The notes under the pieces: generated by a model
The model's input: only the letters and a program-made list of their open reading frames with translations
Told to the model about the DNA's origin: nothing
Databases searched by the model: none
Translations under genes and position numbers: made by a program
Source of the DNA: an uncultured archaeon
GTDB lineage: Archaea; Asgardarchaeota; Heimdallarchaeia; Heimdallarchaeales; Heimdallarchaeaceae
Direction of reading: 5' to 3'
Length of the DNA stretch: 64,000 nucleotides
Assembly: GCA_964534625.1 (NCBI GenBank)
Contig: CAZHRF010000013.1
Span: 1,612 to 65,611 of the forward strand
Part shown: piece by piece, positions 1 to 9,625 of the stretch
How positions within the stretch are numbered: the first letter of the stretch is position 1
Layout of the letters: each line of letters begins with the position of its first letter

Positions 1-1767
1 TACACACCACAAAGAATCGTCTCGTTGATGGTACAACGTACTCTGGCATATTACTTGAAGTTGAATGTAAGAACCGAGTCGAAAAATATCTTACCTGTCC
101 TTCTAAGAATGAAAATTCTTGATCCTTGTATCGGGACGGGGAACTATATATTGGGACTTTTGAACTATCTGAAGAAGGTAGGTAAAAAAGATAATCAATA
201 CTCAGAGTATTATAATAGTTTAACTAGTTTAAGTTCTAGTTTTCTTAAAAATAATCTTTATGGTCTAGAATTGAATAGAGAGACTCTAATCTCATTCAAA
301 AAAACAATAGGGGATTTGTATAAAACTAATATCTCGAAATGCAGGTTTTATCATGGCAATTTCATAGTGGAGGAAGATGTTTATTCATTCATAGAGAAAC
401 AAGAAGCTGATGTTCTATTACCTTTTTCATGGGAAAAAAATGGTTTACCTACTTCATATGATATAATAATTGGGAATCCTCCATATTATAATTTAAAGAA
501 AACAAAACTTATTGATGAGCAAGTTGAACAATTACGAATATATTTGTCTCAGTCCAGTAAATGGAGTGAGTATTATAGATCAGATTCAGATATATGCTAT
601 TATTTTATTATTAAATCACTTAAATTGCTCAAAAAGGGCGGTATTCTGTCATTTATCGTACCAAATTATTGGATACAAAACAAATATGCAGATAAATTGA
701 GAGCATATCTTTCGCAATATAATGTTCTTGAAATTATTAATTTTAAAGATCTAAAGCTATTTCAAGATGGCGTAAAAAAGTTGAATGTAAATAATTGTAT
801 TCTTACTGTGCAAAAAGAAGAGCCTAGCAAAAAAACAGATGTCTATGAGTATAATATCAAAAAAAACAAACAATTTGAGAGCCTTTGTCTAAACGAATAT
901 TTTGATCATTATACAATTCCTCAAACCACTTTTGGTCAATCCAAATGGAGACTTACTCCCCATCTTAATTTAATAAAAGAACTAGAGCAAAACAAACATT
1001 TGGTTCCTCTTGATACGTTGGCATATATAGCACAAGGTGTATCTCCTGGAGCAAAGGATATCTTTGTATTAACAAAAAAAGAAGTGGATCAATATCAGAT
1101 AGAACAGGCGATATTAAAACCTTTTATCACAAATAAGAACATAAATCGGTGGATTATAGAAGAGACAGACAAATTAGGTATATTTCCATATAAAAAAAAT
1201 CTATCAGACTTTCCTAATGCTAAAAAATATTTGGAAGAACATAGAACAAAACTCATACAAGGCTCAGACAGGCGTAAGTTACTAGCGAAAAACAAGATAC
1301 GTTGGTATGATTATAGCGTTTATAGAAACATTGAGTTGTTATTAGAAAACAGAAGTAAGATCCTTTGTCCTTATAGAAGTAAAAAACCTTCTTTTGGATT
1401 AGATGAAAAGAATTATCTAGGAGCAACCGATATTTACGCCATTGTACCAGAAGATAATAATCTCTTATATTATATACTCGGAATATTAAATAGCTCATCG
1501 TACTATTTTTGGTTTAGCGTAGCAGGAAAAAGAAAAGGAAACATGTTAGAATTCTTTAGTACGCCCTTAAAAAAATCTCTTATTCCATTGGCGTGTGATG
1601 AAAAAACAGCTGAAATAGTGGATATAACGAAAAGAATTATTGAAGCAAAACAAAACCAGAACTGTTCATACTATCTGGAACTTGAAGAAGAATTGAATAA
1701 AATAGTTGCACGATTGTATGAGCTCGATTTTGCGTTTGTAACTCAATATGAAAAAAGAGCCTATTAA
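1..1767 (+). CDS. N6-adenine DNA methyltransferase, Eco57I/TaqI-like; 5' end runs off the window
   Basis: Frame is open from nt 1 (YTPQRIVSLMV, FxTP-type motif). SAM-binding motif I is DPCIGTGNY and catalytic motif IV is IIGNPPYY. The C-terminal half resembles a TaqI_C-type target recognition domain (AYIAQGVSPGAKDIF). Confidence 0.8.
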   Translation, partial: YTPQRIVSLMVQRTLAYYLKLNVRTESKNILPVLLRMKILDPCIGTGNYILGLLNYLKKVGKKDNQYSEYYNSLTSLSSSFLKNNLYGLELNRETLISFKKTIGDLYKTNISKCRFYHGNFIVEEDVYSFIEKQEADVLLPFSWEKNGLPTSYDIIIGNPPYYNLKKTKLIDEQVEQLRIYLSQSSKWSEYYRSDSDICYYFIIKSLKLLKKGGILSFIVPNYWIQNKYADKLRAYLSQYNVLEIINFKDLKLFQDGVKKLNVNNCILTVQKEEPSKKTDVYEYNIKKNKQFESLCLNEYFDHYTIPQTTFGQSKWRLTPHLNLIKELEQNKHLVPLDTLAYIAQGVSPGAKDIFVLTKKEVDQYQIEQAILKPFITNKNINRWIIEETDKLGIFPYKKNLSDFPNAKKYLEEHRTKLIQGSDRRKLLAKNKIRWYDYSVYRNIELLLENRSKILCPYRSKKPSFGLDEKNYLGATDIYAIVPEDNNLLYYILGILNSSSYYFWFSVAGKRKGNMLEFFSTPLKKSLIPLACDEKTAEIVDITKRIIEAKQNQNCSYYLELEEELNKIVARLYELDFAFVTQYEKRAY

Positions 1768-1785
1768 ATCGCATTGAAGAAACAA

Positions 1786-2646
1786 TTAGAACATATTAGC
1801 ACATGTTTGACGCCATTCTTCATATCCCGCAAGATATAATTTTGTGTGGGGATAATTGAGATCATAGAGGAGGAGATACACTAGAGCAGATTGAGGAGCC
1901 TGCTCGCAATAAAGCACTATATGTTCGGATTTTTTAATACCTAGAGACACTAAATTTTTTTCTAAGACATCAAGAGGTTTCAAAATGAAATAATCTTCTT
2001 CAGTTTCGATGAATAAATCCATCCACCAAAGATGAATAGCTTTTGGTAAATACCCGCCTTGTGAATCGAGTTTCATGGCATATTCTGACCTATTATCAAC
2101 ATAAATCCAATTTCGATCTGTTGTCAAATTATAAAGAATCTGATCTTTAGTAACTAAGATATCATCATTTTTTCCGGTAAATTGAATATTTCCTCGCTTT
2201 ACTTCTGTTTTTTTACTGGTCATAGGTAGGTTTTCTACTTCCCATTTGGCTAACGCCCCATCAATAATCTTGAGTTTAGTATAATCAAAGTAATGCAAAG
2301 TCCAAGCTGCCATAGAACAGCTAAGATTGAAAACGTCATCGACAAGAATTAGTTCATCGCCATTATTGATACCTTTTGCCTGTAAGGTGGCTTCTAAATC
2401 GCTTTTTTGTATAATGGAATTATATCCTTGAGAATTTTTACTGATAAAGGCAGAAGATTCAATATGAACAGCCCCTGGGATGTGCCCCTTTTTAAATTTG
2501 GATTTATCTCGTAAATCCAATATCTTGAACGTATCCGTGTTTAAATGTTCATAAACTTGATTACATTGAACAAAAATCTTTGGGGCATTACTATTCATTA
2601 TAAATAGGAAAGACCCTATGATTAATAATAGTTTTGCAATAGTCAA
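1786..2646 (-). CDS. Rhodanese-domain sulfurtransferase (two rhodanese modules) with N-terminal hydrophobic anchor or signal
   Basis: ILDLRDKSKFKKGHIPGAVHI is typical of a rhodanese module. The second module has a candidate active-site Cys loop, LYCEQAPQS. The N-terminus is hydrophobic (LLLIIGSFLFIM). Confidence 0.7.
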   Translation of the reverse strand: MTIAKLLLIIGSFLFIMNSNAPKIFVQCNQVYEHLNTDTFKILDLRDKSKFKKGHIPGAVHIESSAFISKNSQGYNSIIQKSDLEATLQAKGINNGDELILVDDVFNLSCSMAAWTLHYFDYTKLKIIDGALAKWEVENLPMTSKKTEVKRGNIQFTGKNDDILVTKDQILYNLTTDRNWIYVDNRSEYAMKLDSQGGYLPKAIHLWWMDLFIETEEDYFILKPLDVLEKNLVSLGIKKSEHIVLYCEQAPQSALVYLLLYDLNYPHTKLYLAGYEEWRQTCANMF

Positions 2647-2692
2647 GTACTCAAGAATAAGGTAGAAAGAAGAAGGAAGGATAAGAACAATA

Positions 2693-3718
2693 TCAGTTTT
2701 TTTTATTTAAATTGTGAAGTGTTCCACTAACTATAAGCGGTAGAGCTATAGTAATATCTGAAACAACATTGACCATTTTGCTTTTAGAAGACGTTTTTCC
2801 CCAAGAGATAGATTCCTCAAGACTTGCGCCTGATAGTCCACCTGTTTCTACTCTATCCATTGTAATCTGGATAGCATAATTGAAGGATTTAGGAGACATT
2901 AAACGAGATTGAAAAATATAATTTTTAGGAACGCCTCCACCTAAAAAGAAAGTTCCAGCTTTATCAGCGTCTCGTGCAATCCTTTGTATCTCGGTTAAAT
3001 CTTCCATAATATCAATAAGAACAGTATTCATTTGAGAAAACAACCACATTTGAAGACCAGTTATACTATCACCAAATGCAGGAATAAAAACAGGGACATT
3101 ATTATCATAAGCAGCTTTAACAAAAGAGTCTTTATCAGCAATTTTAGCACCAATTAATTCCATTAATTTGTGTGTGGAAAGTATAAGTTGATTATGATTG
3201 TTTTTATGGGTATCATAAATCTCTTGAAAAATAGGTTGGATAGAATCTTCTAATATTCCAAAGGATTCGTCTGCAACAAAAGCATCATAAATACGATCAA
3301 TAGATTTTTCTCGCAATTCTGAATCTGATTGATACTGAACTTGGCGGATATGTTTCCCTCCAAAAGCTTCAATGAGGTCGTGAGTTACATTAGCACCAGT
3401 GGTTACTATAACATCAACTAAATTGTTATTTATCATGGTAACTAAAAGATCTCTCATTCCTCCCGGTACAAGTGCTCCAGCTAAACCTAAGAATATTGTT
3501 GCATTGTCTTTAACCATTTGAGTATAAATAGACGTGGCTCTTGCTATTCTACCCGGTCCAAATACGCCTGATTTAGCAAATTCTTCAAGTAAAGAAGAGA
3601 TAGTTTGATCTGCTGTAACTTTGATAGGATCAATTTTTGGATGAGAATGATTATGATTTTTACTTGATTTCATGATTATCAAATAGCTATTTTTCAAGGA
3701 GTTCTTTAGCTTTTTCAA
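2693..3718 (-). CDS. dys: Deoxyhypusine synthase
   Basis: Family motifs are present along the whole length: GLAGALVPGGMR, VDVIVTTGANVTHD, GGGVPKNY, SWGK. This enzyme is restricted to archaea and eukaryotes. Confidence 0.9.
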   Translation of the reverse strand: MKKLKNSLKNSYLIIMKSSKNHNHSHPKIDPIKVTADQTISSLLEEFAKSGVFGPGRIARATSIYTQMVKDNATIFLGLAGALVPGGMRDLLVTMINNNLVDVIVTTGANVTHDLIEAFGGKHIRQVQYQSDSELREKSIDRIYDAFVADESFGILEDSIQPIFQEIYDTHKNNHNQLILSTHKLMELIGAKIADKDSFVKAAYDNNVPVFIPAFGDSITGLQMWLFSQMNTVLIDIMEDLTEIQRIARDADKAGTFFLGGGVPKNYIFQSRLMSPKSFNYAIQITMDRVETGGLSGASLEESISWGKTSSKSKMVNVVSDITIALPLIVSGTLHNLNKKN

Positions 3719-3977
3719 TCAAGTTTTGAATCTCTTTGTGACGAAAAGGGTTTTCTTCTAGCTCAGTATGGTCAACTGGGCATAGATACTTGATTTCGTC
3801 ACCCACCTCAATTTTGCCAAGAGGTAAAGTACAAATGTAATAGGATCTACATGTTTTGCAATAAAATGAAGAACGTGTCGAACGCTCAAAAAGATCAATA
3901 TCTATATTGATGATACATTTAGGACAAGGAAATGAGCAATTAGACGGACGTAAAGACTTTTTGGGCATTTTTCTCAC
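3687..3977 (-). CDS. Small zinc-ribbon protein, function unknown
   Basis: Multiple Cys pairs (CSFPCPKC, CKTCRSYYIC, LCPVDH). It lies immediately upstream of dys and overlaps it by 32 nt on the same strand. Confidence 0.4.
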   Translation of the reverse strand: MRKMPKKSLRPSNCSFPCPKCIINIDIDLFERSTRSSFYCKTCRSYYICTLPLGKIEVGDEIKYLCPVDHTELEENPFRHKEIQNLIEKAKELLEK

Positions 3978-4094
3978 TTAAAGATAGTAATGCTTACTGT
4001 ATACTCGAAATGATATTTAAGACTATTTATTTGAAATAATATTATTATTAATAAAAAAGATGGTAAATGACTAAACTAAATTAAACCCGTTAAG

Positions 4095-4874
4095 TTATTT
4101 GTTTTCGTACCATTCTTTCAGAGGAGGAAAAGCAAAAACTTGATTGGAGCTGAGCACATATAATTCAGCATTACTAATATCGGTTTCTTGTCTTAAAATT
4201 GGTGAAAGAAAATTATCGTTTTTCGGTGTGATTGGTGTGCCAACACTATATTGGGTAAATGCAGGTATGATAATGATTTTGGCTGGATGATTCTTTAGAG
4301 GACAAACCGCAAAACATGGACCTTGAACTTTCTGCAATTTTCCTGTAACTATAGAAAATATTGGGTGTTCATGACCAATAAAAACATGAGAAACTGATTT
4401 ATCTAGATCTCCTGGAAGTTCTAGATGTCCATGTGTAAATAGATAATTATTAATTCTCATGTCTGGATCGAAAAGTTCGACATTGGAAATATCACGAGTA
4501 ACCCAAGTGATAAATTTGTCGTGATTACCTTTAATGATTTTTATGTGAGGGACATGAGATGATATTGAAGAAAGAAATTGGGTAACCTCCCTATTTTCTA
4601 TTTTAGTAGGTTCACTAAAACTATGCTTAGCATCGCCATTTATGATAAGCAAATCAGGATTGATAGAATCAAGATATTTTACTAACTTTCTGACTACCTT
4701 ATCAGTTAACGAATTAGGAGTAAATGATCCTTCTTCAGCCATGACGTGTTCAATACCTAAATGAAGATCAGCTATCACTAAGGCATTGATGGAAGACAAA
4801 AACAAAATAGGTTCACCATCCACAATAGCAATATCGCTGGAGATAGAATGGAGGTTAACCATAGTAATATACAA
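4095..4874 (-). CDS. Calcineurin-like metallophosphoesterase (COG1407/PdeM-like)
   Basis: The ordered metallophosphoesterase motifs DLHLG, GDAKH, GNHD, THGH and GHEH are all present. Confidence 0.75.
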   Translation of the reverse strand: MYITMVNLHSISSDIAIVDGEPILFLSSINALVIADLHLGIEHVMAEEGSFTPNSLTDKVVRKLVKYLDSINPDLLIINGDAKHSFSEPTKIENREVTQFLSSISSHVPHIKIIKGNHDKFITWVTRDISNVELFDPDMRINNYLFTHGHLELPGDLDKSVSHVFIGHEHPIFSIVTGKLQKVQGPCFAVCPLKNHPAKIIIIPAFTQYSVGTPITPKNDNFLSPILRQETDISNAELYVLSSNQVFAFPPLKEWYENK

Positions 4875-4892
4875 AAAGCGACCAAAAATAAA

Positions 4893-5756
4893 TTAGTTGT
4901 CATCTTGCCAAATTTTCTTTTGAAGAAATTCATGCATATATTCAACAAGTTCAGATTCGCGCCCTTCAATAAATTTATGTTCTCCACCCGTAATAAATTT
5001 GGATTCATTTAGTGGATTAGCCATAACGTATTGTTTTACAACTTCTGGGGGAGAATAAGCATCATCACTACTAGCTATCAAAAAAAGAGGATAGTTATTA
5101 TCTTGTTCTTTACCTTTTAGATTGGTTTTAGCTATGCATTCAATGGCAATTCGACGTTGAACCCATCCGTCAAGTTCATTCATACGTCTGATTGCATATT
5201 TTGTATCTTTCTGAGATTCTTTACCCCGAGTAAGAAGAAGAAAAGGAAAGACAATTAATTTTTGAAAGCCTACAATCAGCCAATCGGGTAACCAACCTAT
5301 ATAGTTAAAAAAATTGGCACCAGGAAAATGCGAACTAGCTGAAACCATTAACATAGCAGCTGGTTCAGGTTTTGTGTCTGTTAAATATGCACCATAATAT
5401 TGCATTGGTACAGTCCCTAAAGATGAGCCAAAGATAGCAAATTTATTGTCTTGAAGTTTAAAATGCTCTAGTACTTGTTTAAGTTCATACGCATAATCAT
5501 TAATTCCATAGATGCCTTTTCTATGTGGTTTTGATGAACCTCCATAGCCACGAGGTTCATAAATAATTACATTAAAGTACTTATTGAACTCTTCAATTAG
5601 TGGGATACGTTCTTCAATAGACCCTAAATACCCTGGGAAGAGTACAATCGTTTTATCAGATGTTTCATGTTCAAGAAAAACATAGCGTAATTCAATTTCA
5701 GGGTCTGTTTGGGTTTTCAAGAATTCAGCATGGATTTCTTTAGTCTTATCTGTCAT
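4893..5756 (-). CDS. Alpha/beta-fold hydrolase
   Basis: Nucleophile elbow GSSLG; the size and secondary pattern are typical of the alpha/beta hydrolase fold. Confidence 0.65.
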   Translation of the reverse strand: MTDKTKEIHAEFLKTQTDPEIELRYVFLEHETSDKTIVLFPGYLGSIEERIPLIEEFNKYFNVIIYEPRGYGGSSKPHRKGIYGINDYAYELKQVLEHFKLQDNKFAIFGSSLGTVPMQYYGAYLTDTKPEPAAMLMVSASSHFPGANFFNYIGWLPDWLIVGFQKLIVFPFLLLTRGKESQKDTKYAIRRMNELDGWVQRRIAIECIAKTNLKGKEQDNNYPLFLIASSDDAYSPPEVVKQYVMANPLNESKFITGGEHKFIEGRESELVEYMHEFLQKKIWQDDN

Positions 5757-5935
5757 TCAGTTGCATATTCAATAGGTTGTTTAAAAACAATTAGCCACTA
5801 CTCAAGAATTCTTAGTCTTAGAAAAGATGTAAGGTGAAGAGAAGAACTAGTTTAATGCAATAAAATTAAAAAATGAGCATTATAGTTGAAAAATTTGCAA
5901 AAAATTATTTATAGTATTACTACCAATGCAGTTTA

Positions 5936-6424
5936 ATGAAACGAAAAGCACTTATTTGTGGATTATTCTTTTTTGTTATACTTAGCTTGTCTGGAACTTC
6001 AAGCGTAAAAGCATATTCTACAACCTCAGTTACAAATGATCCTAGCTTATTTGTACATATAGAAACAGCCTATTACACAGATTTAGAAGGCAAAGGTATA
6101 GAAGATGATATTTACTCAGAGGTTTATATATACTATGATACGCCAGATTATTATACATATATTGATATGTATATTGATTTGGAATTACCATCAGGAAATT
6201 ATTATACTTATCTTGTACAACTAACTATAGCTGGTGGTAACTGGATACTACTGCCCATAAGATTCTATAATCATGCAACTGAAAGTGGCGATTATATACT
6301 CTTTATAGCATGTTGGTTTACCTACTCTTATTCTTATGATTCAATTCTAGCGATGTCAGAATGTATATTTGATCCACCAGGACATCATGATGAAGGAGAT
6401 CCACCTAGAATAGAAATAGGTTGA
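5936..6424 (+). CDS. Secreted or membrane-anchored hypothetical protein
   Basis: N-terminal signal-like sequence MKRKALICGLFFFVILSLSGTSSVKA, followed by a Tyr/Asp-rich body. No family recognised. Confidence 0.4.
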   Translation: MKRKALICGLFFFVILSLSGTSSVKAYSTTSVTNDPSLFVHIETAYYTDLEGKGIEDDIYSEVYIYYDTPDYYTYIDMYIDLELPSGNYYTYLVQLTIAGGNWILLPIRFYNHATESGDYILFIACWFTYSYSYDSILAMSECIFDPPGHHDEGDPPRIEIG

Positions 6425-6562
6425 TTATACAGACAAAAAAAGCAATTGCTATAAACGCAAAAAGCACACACATATAAACCCCTTTGGAAAGTATTGAATG
6501 ACACAGGTATACCATACTCTGGATTAAGCTTGTGTTAAAAGAAGATGGATAAGTGAACTTAC

Positions 6563-7696
6563 GTGTATTTAGGTTATAAAGAGTATAAAGTTTTATTGGC
6601 ATTACAACAAACGCCACTAGCAAATATATCCCAATTAGCACGTAACCTTGATCTATCATACTATGAAACAAAAAAGAGCTTACAAAATCTAGAAAAAAAT
6701 GAGGTAGTTAAAGGGTATTCTGCGACAATAGAGCCAGAATTAATGAAACTTGAAAAAAGAGCCTATTTGTACAAAATAACTAATTTTGCAAATTTAAATG
6801 AATTAGAAAAACTATTAGACGCACATAATTTTACTACTTATAGAACGAGATATACGTCAGGGGAATCAAGAGGTTTATATGCAGAATTTGCATTTCCAGA
6901 AAAAGTGGAAGAATATCAAGAAGAGCTCCATAAACTGCTGATAGAAGAAGAAAAGATTGATTTGATCCATAGATTCAATGGAGAAATAGAAAAAATAGAC
7001 ACAAATGTTGATTTAAAAAAAATAAATCAAGAAACATTGAATTGGCAATTTTCAATGGAAAATTGGAAAAATGAAGAAACAAAACAACACCAGAAAAAAA
7101 GAAAGAACAATAATAAAAAAAAGAGAGGTGAAACCGTACCTACCGATAAAATAATAGAAACAGATTTATGGCTATTAAGAGCTCTTTCGATCGATCCTAG
7201 AAAACTAAATAAGGAAATTGCGAAAACAATAGAAAAAGAAAGAAAAAAAATGCATTTGAAGCCATTAAATAAAGATCTATCAACGATCTCAAGGAGACTA
7301 AAACATGTAAAAGACAATTACATCGGTGATTGTCAAGTGTTGATAAACAAGACTTTGTTTAATCTTGATTCACAATTAATATACGAAGTGGAAATAACGA
7401 AAGAAAAGACAAGAGAAGTAAAAGAAAAACTAGTGTGTCACCCAATACCGTTTAAATCAAATTTTATTGAAACAAGAAGGGGCTTTAGATGGTATATATA
7501 TCGATGTCCACCTGAAGTAAGTTCTGCAATAAATAATTATCTTTGGGAACTTGAACCAAAAAAAATGCGGAAAATTGATTTGTTTTTACCACGCGGATTG
7601 TATTACTTTTATCCCCTAAATTATGACACAGAAGCAAATAAGTGGAAAGATGATCGAACCTATTTCTATCACCCAATAGAAAAATGGATAAATTAA
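6563..7696 (+). CDS. Winged-helix (Lrp/AsnC- or TrmB-like N-terminus) putative transcription regulator
   Basis: GTG start. The N-terminal segment YKVLLALQQTPLANISQLARNLDLSYYETKKSLQNLEKNEVV looks like an HTH. A second HTH-like segment sits after a K/E-rich linker. Confidence 0.5.
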   Translation: MYLGYKEYKVLLALQQTPLANISQLARNLDLSYYETKKSLQNLEKNEVVKGYSATIEPELMKLEKRAYLYKITNFANLNELEKLLDAHNFTTYRTRYTSGESRGLYAEFAFPEKVEEYQEELHKLLIEEEKIDLIHRFNGEIEKIDTNVDLKKINQETLNWQFSMENWKNEETKQHQKKRKNNNKKKRGETVPTDKIIETDLWLLRALSIDPRKLNKEIAKTIEKERKKMHLKPLNKDLSTISRRLKHVKDNYIGDCQVLINKTLFNLDSQLIYEVEITKEKTREVKEKLVCHPIPFKSNFIETRRGFRWYIYRCPPEVSSAINNYLWELEPKKMRKIDLFLPRGLYYFYPLNYDTEANKWKDDRTYFYHPIEKWIN

Positions 7697-7828
7697 AGAG
7701 TAAATTAAGAAACAGATACTCATCTAAATTTTTGACTTCAACAATAATGAAAGAACGCATAAAAGCTACTTCTAAGGTAGGTACTGCCATTTTTTAGTTC
7801 GTTCCTAACTAATTTGATCCCTTTATTT

Positions 7829-9625
7829 TTATTTTTGCTTTTGTTCTTCTATGCTTCTTTCCCATAGCCATTGCATTTCTTCGCATTCTCCTAATAATGT
7901 TTTTAATTTTCCTTTAGCTAAAAGTTTTCCTTCTTTTAGTACTAATATTTGATCTGCTTTTTCTAATACTATAGGTCTATGAGATACTGCAATACAGGTC
8001 ATTCTTTCTTGTTCAAACAATCGTTTCCACATTTTAGATTCTGTTTCTACGTCCAATGCACTCGACAAATCATCAAAAACTAGTAATTCGGGTTCTCTTA
8101 CAAACATTCTTGCTGCAGCCAACCTTTGTTTTTGTCCCCCTGAAAGTTTTACTCCTTTTGGGCCTACTTTAGTTTCTAAACCTTCTTCTAATGTTTGAGT
8201 ATCTTTTTCAAATACAGCTAAATATAATGATTTTTCTATTTGAGCTGATTGTTCTGGTAATCCACTTAAAATATTATCTTTTATACTTTCACTGAATAAC
8301 GCAGGTATTTGAGGTGTATATGCTGAATGTGGTGGTGCAAAGAAATCGGTTAAATTCTTTATCTCTTTTTCATTCCATGTAATTTTCCCTTCTTGTTTTT
8401 CTAACAAACCCAAAAATGTACGTAAGAGGGTGGTTTTCCCCGCACCTATTCTCCCTGTTATTACCGTTAATGATCCTCTAGGTATGGAAAAAGAAATATT
8501 TTCTATCCCCTTTCCATTTTTTGAATATTTACAAGTTAATTTTTCTATATTTATATTTTTTAATTTCATACTTGATGCAATTTGTTTACGATTCATCTGT
8601 GGATATATTTGTTTCAAATATGTTGGTTGTTTCTTTATTAATACGTTTTTCAGATCTTTCTTTGTATCTCCTTCTATCATTTCGAAAATTCTCTGCCACG
8701 AAACTTTTGTTCTAAAGTAGACAGGAGTAAAATCAGCCAGAATATATACGAACCACCCAAACCAAGCAAAAATGGTATAGAAGAATGTAAAGTCTCCTAT
8801 TGAGAATCCTCCAGTAGTCATTAACTGACCTACTACAAGCAACACAATTCCTATCGCTATTCTAACTGTCATATAGCGTATACCTAACATTGCAGAATTT
8901 AACATTTCATCTTTCAAAACTTTCTTTTTTCGCTCTGTATTTATTTTTTCAAAATTTTCTTGGACATTTGCTTCTGCTATATTCACTTTTATTGCTTGGA
9001 TCGACTTAAAAATCTCATTTATAACTGATGTAACTTTTCCAGTAGCTCTTCTCCTTTGTTCTCTATATTCTTGTACTTTTGTTCGTAAGAAAAACATCAC
9101 TCCTAATAAGGCTACAAAAGGTATAAACGCATATAGGGTTACCATTCTATTGATACTAGCCATTAATACTATGGATATAACTGCAAATGAGAAATAAGCT
9201 AATCTATATACCACTACTATCGCAAATGCTATGGCTGCGTTTACATCTCCCCTAAACCTTGATACTGCCTCTCCTGTAGAATGGGGTAATGCTTCTAGTG
9301 CAGGTTTACTATATAGTTCTTCTAAGATGTTTTTCCTCAATATAATCCTTGTTGGATAGGTGTATAGTATCCATATGTGATTTTGGCATATCTCAAAAAA
9401 TATTTGGAATACATACATTATAGGTATTAAACCTATCAATAACCAGATATTTGCAAACGCAGGTAAGCCTTCCAATGAATTAAATACTTCCCGGATGAGC
9501 AAGGATACCCCAATTGGTGTTAGAAGGAACAGAAATTCCACAATATATAATAGTAATAGTACAGGAGATAATTTAATTAATTGCCAACTGAGGAGAATGG
9601 GGTTTACTTTTGTTTTTTGCTTCAT
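7829..9625 (-). CDS. ABC transporter, fused permease/ATPase (exporter half-transporter)
   Basis: Six N-terminal TM helices. Walker A GRIGAGKTT, signature LSGGQKQR, Walker B LLVFDDLSSALD. Its start overlaps the upstream partner gene by 4 nt. Confidence 0.85.
   Translation of the reverse strand: MKQKTKVNPILLSWQLIKLSPVLLLLYIVEFLFLLTPIGVSLLIREVFNSLEGLPAFANIWLLIGLIPIMYVFQIFFEICQNHIWILYTYPTRIILRKNILEELYSKPALEALPHSTGEAVSRFRGDVNAAIAFAIVVVYRLAYFSFAVISIVLMASINRMVTLYAFIPFVALLGVMFFLRTKVQEYREQRRRATGKVTSVINEIFKSIQAIKVNIAEANVQENFEKINTERKKKVLKDEMLNSAMLGIRYMTVRIAIGIVLLVVGQLMTTGGFSIGDFTFFYTIFAWFGWFVYILADFTPVYFRTKVSWQRIFEMIEGDTKKDLKNVLIKKQPTYLKQIYPQMNRKQIASSMKLKNINIEKLTCKYSKNGKGIENISFSIPRGSLTVITGRIGAGKTTLLRTFLGLLEKQEGKITWNEKEIKNLTDFFAPPHSAYTPQIPALFSESIKDNILSGLPEQSAQIEKSLYLAVFEKDTQTLEEGLETKVGPKGVKLSGGQKQRLAAARMFVREPELLVFDDLSSALDVETESKMWKRLFEQERMTCIAVSHRPIVLEKADQILVLKEGKLLAKGKLKTLLGECEEMQWLWERSIEEQKQK

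Noticed and set aside
4778-5008. The 76-aa ORF bridging the phosphoesterase and hydrolase genes, and ORF 6405-6671 overlapping the regulator gene start.
   Set aside because: Both overlap the ends of better-supported genes on the same or the opposite strand, and both have hydrophobic low-complexity translations. They are treated as spurious.
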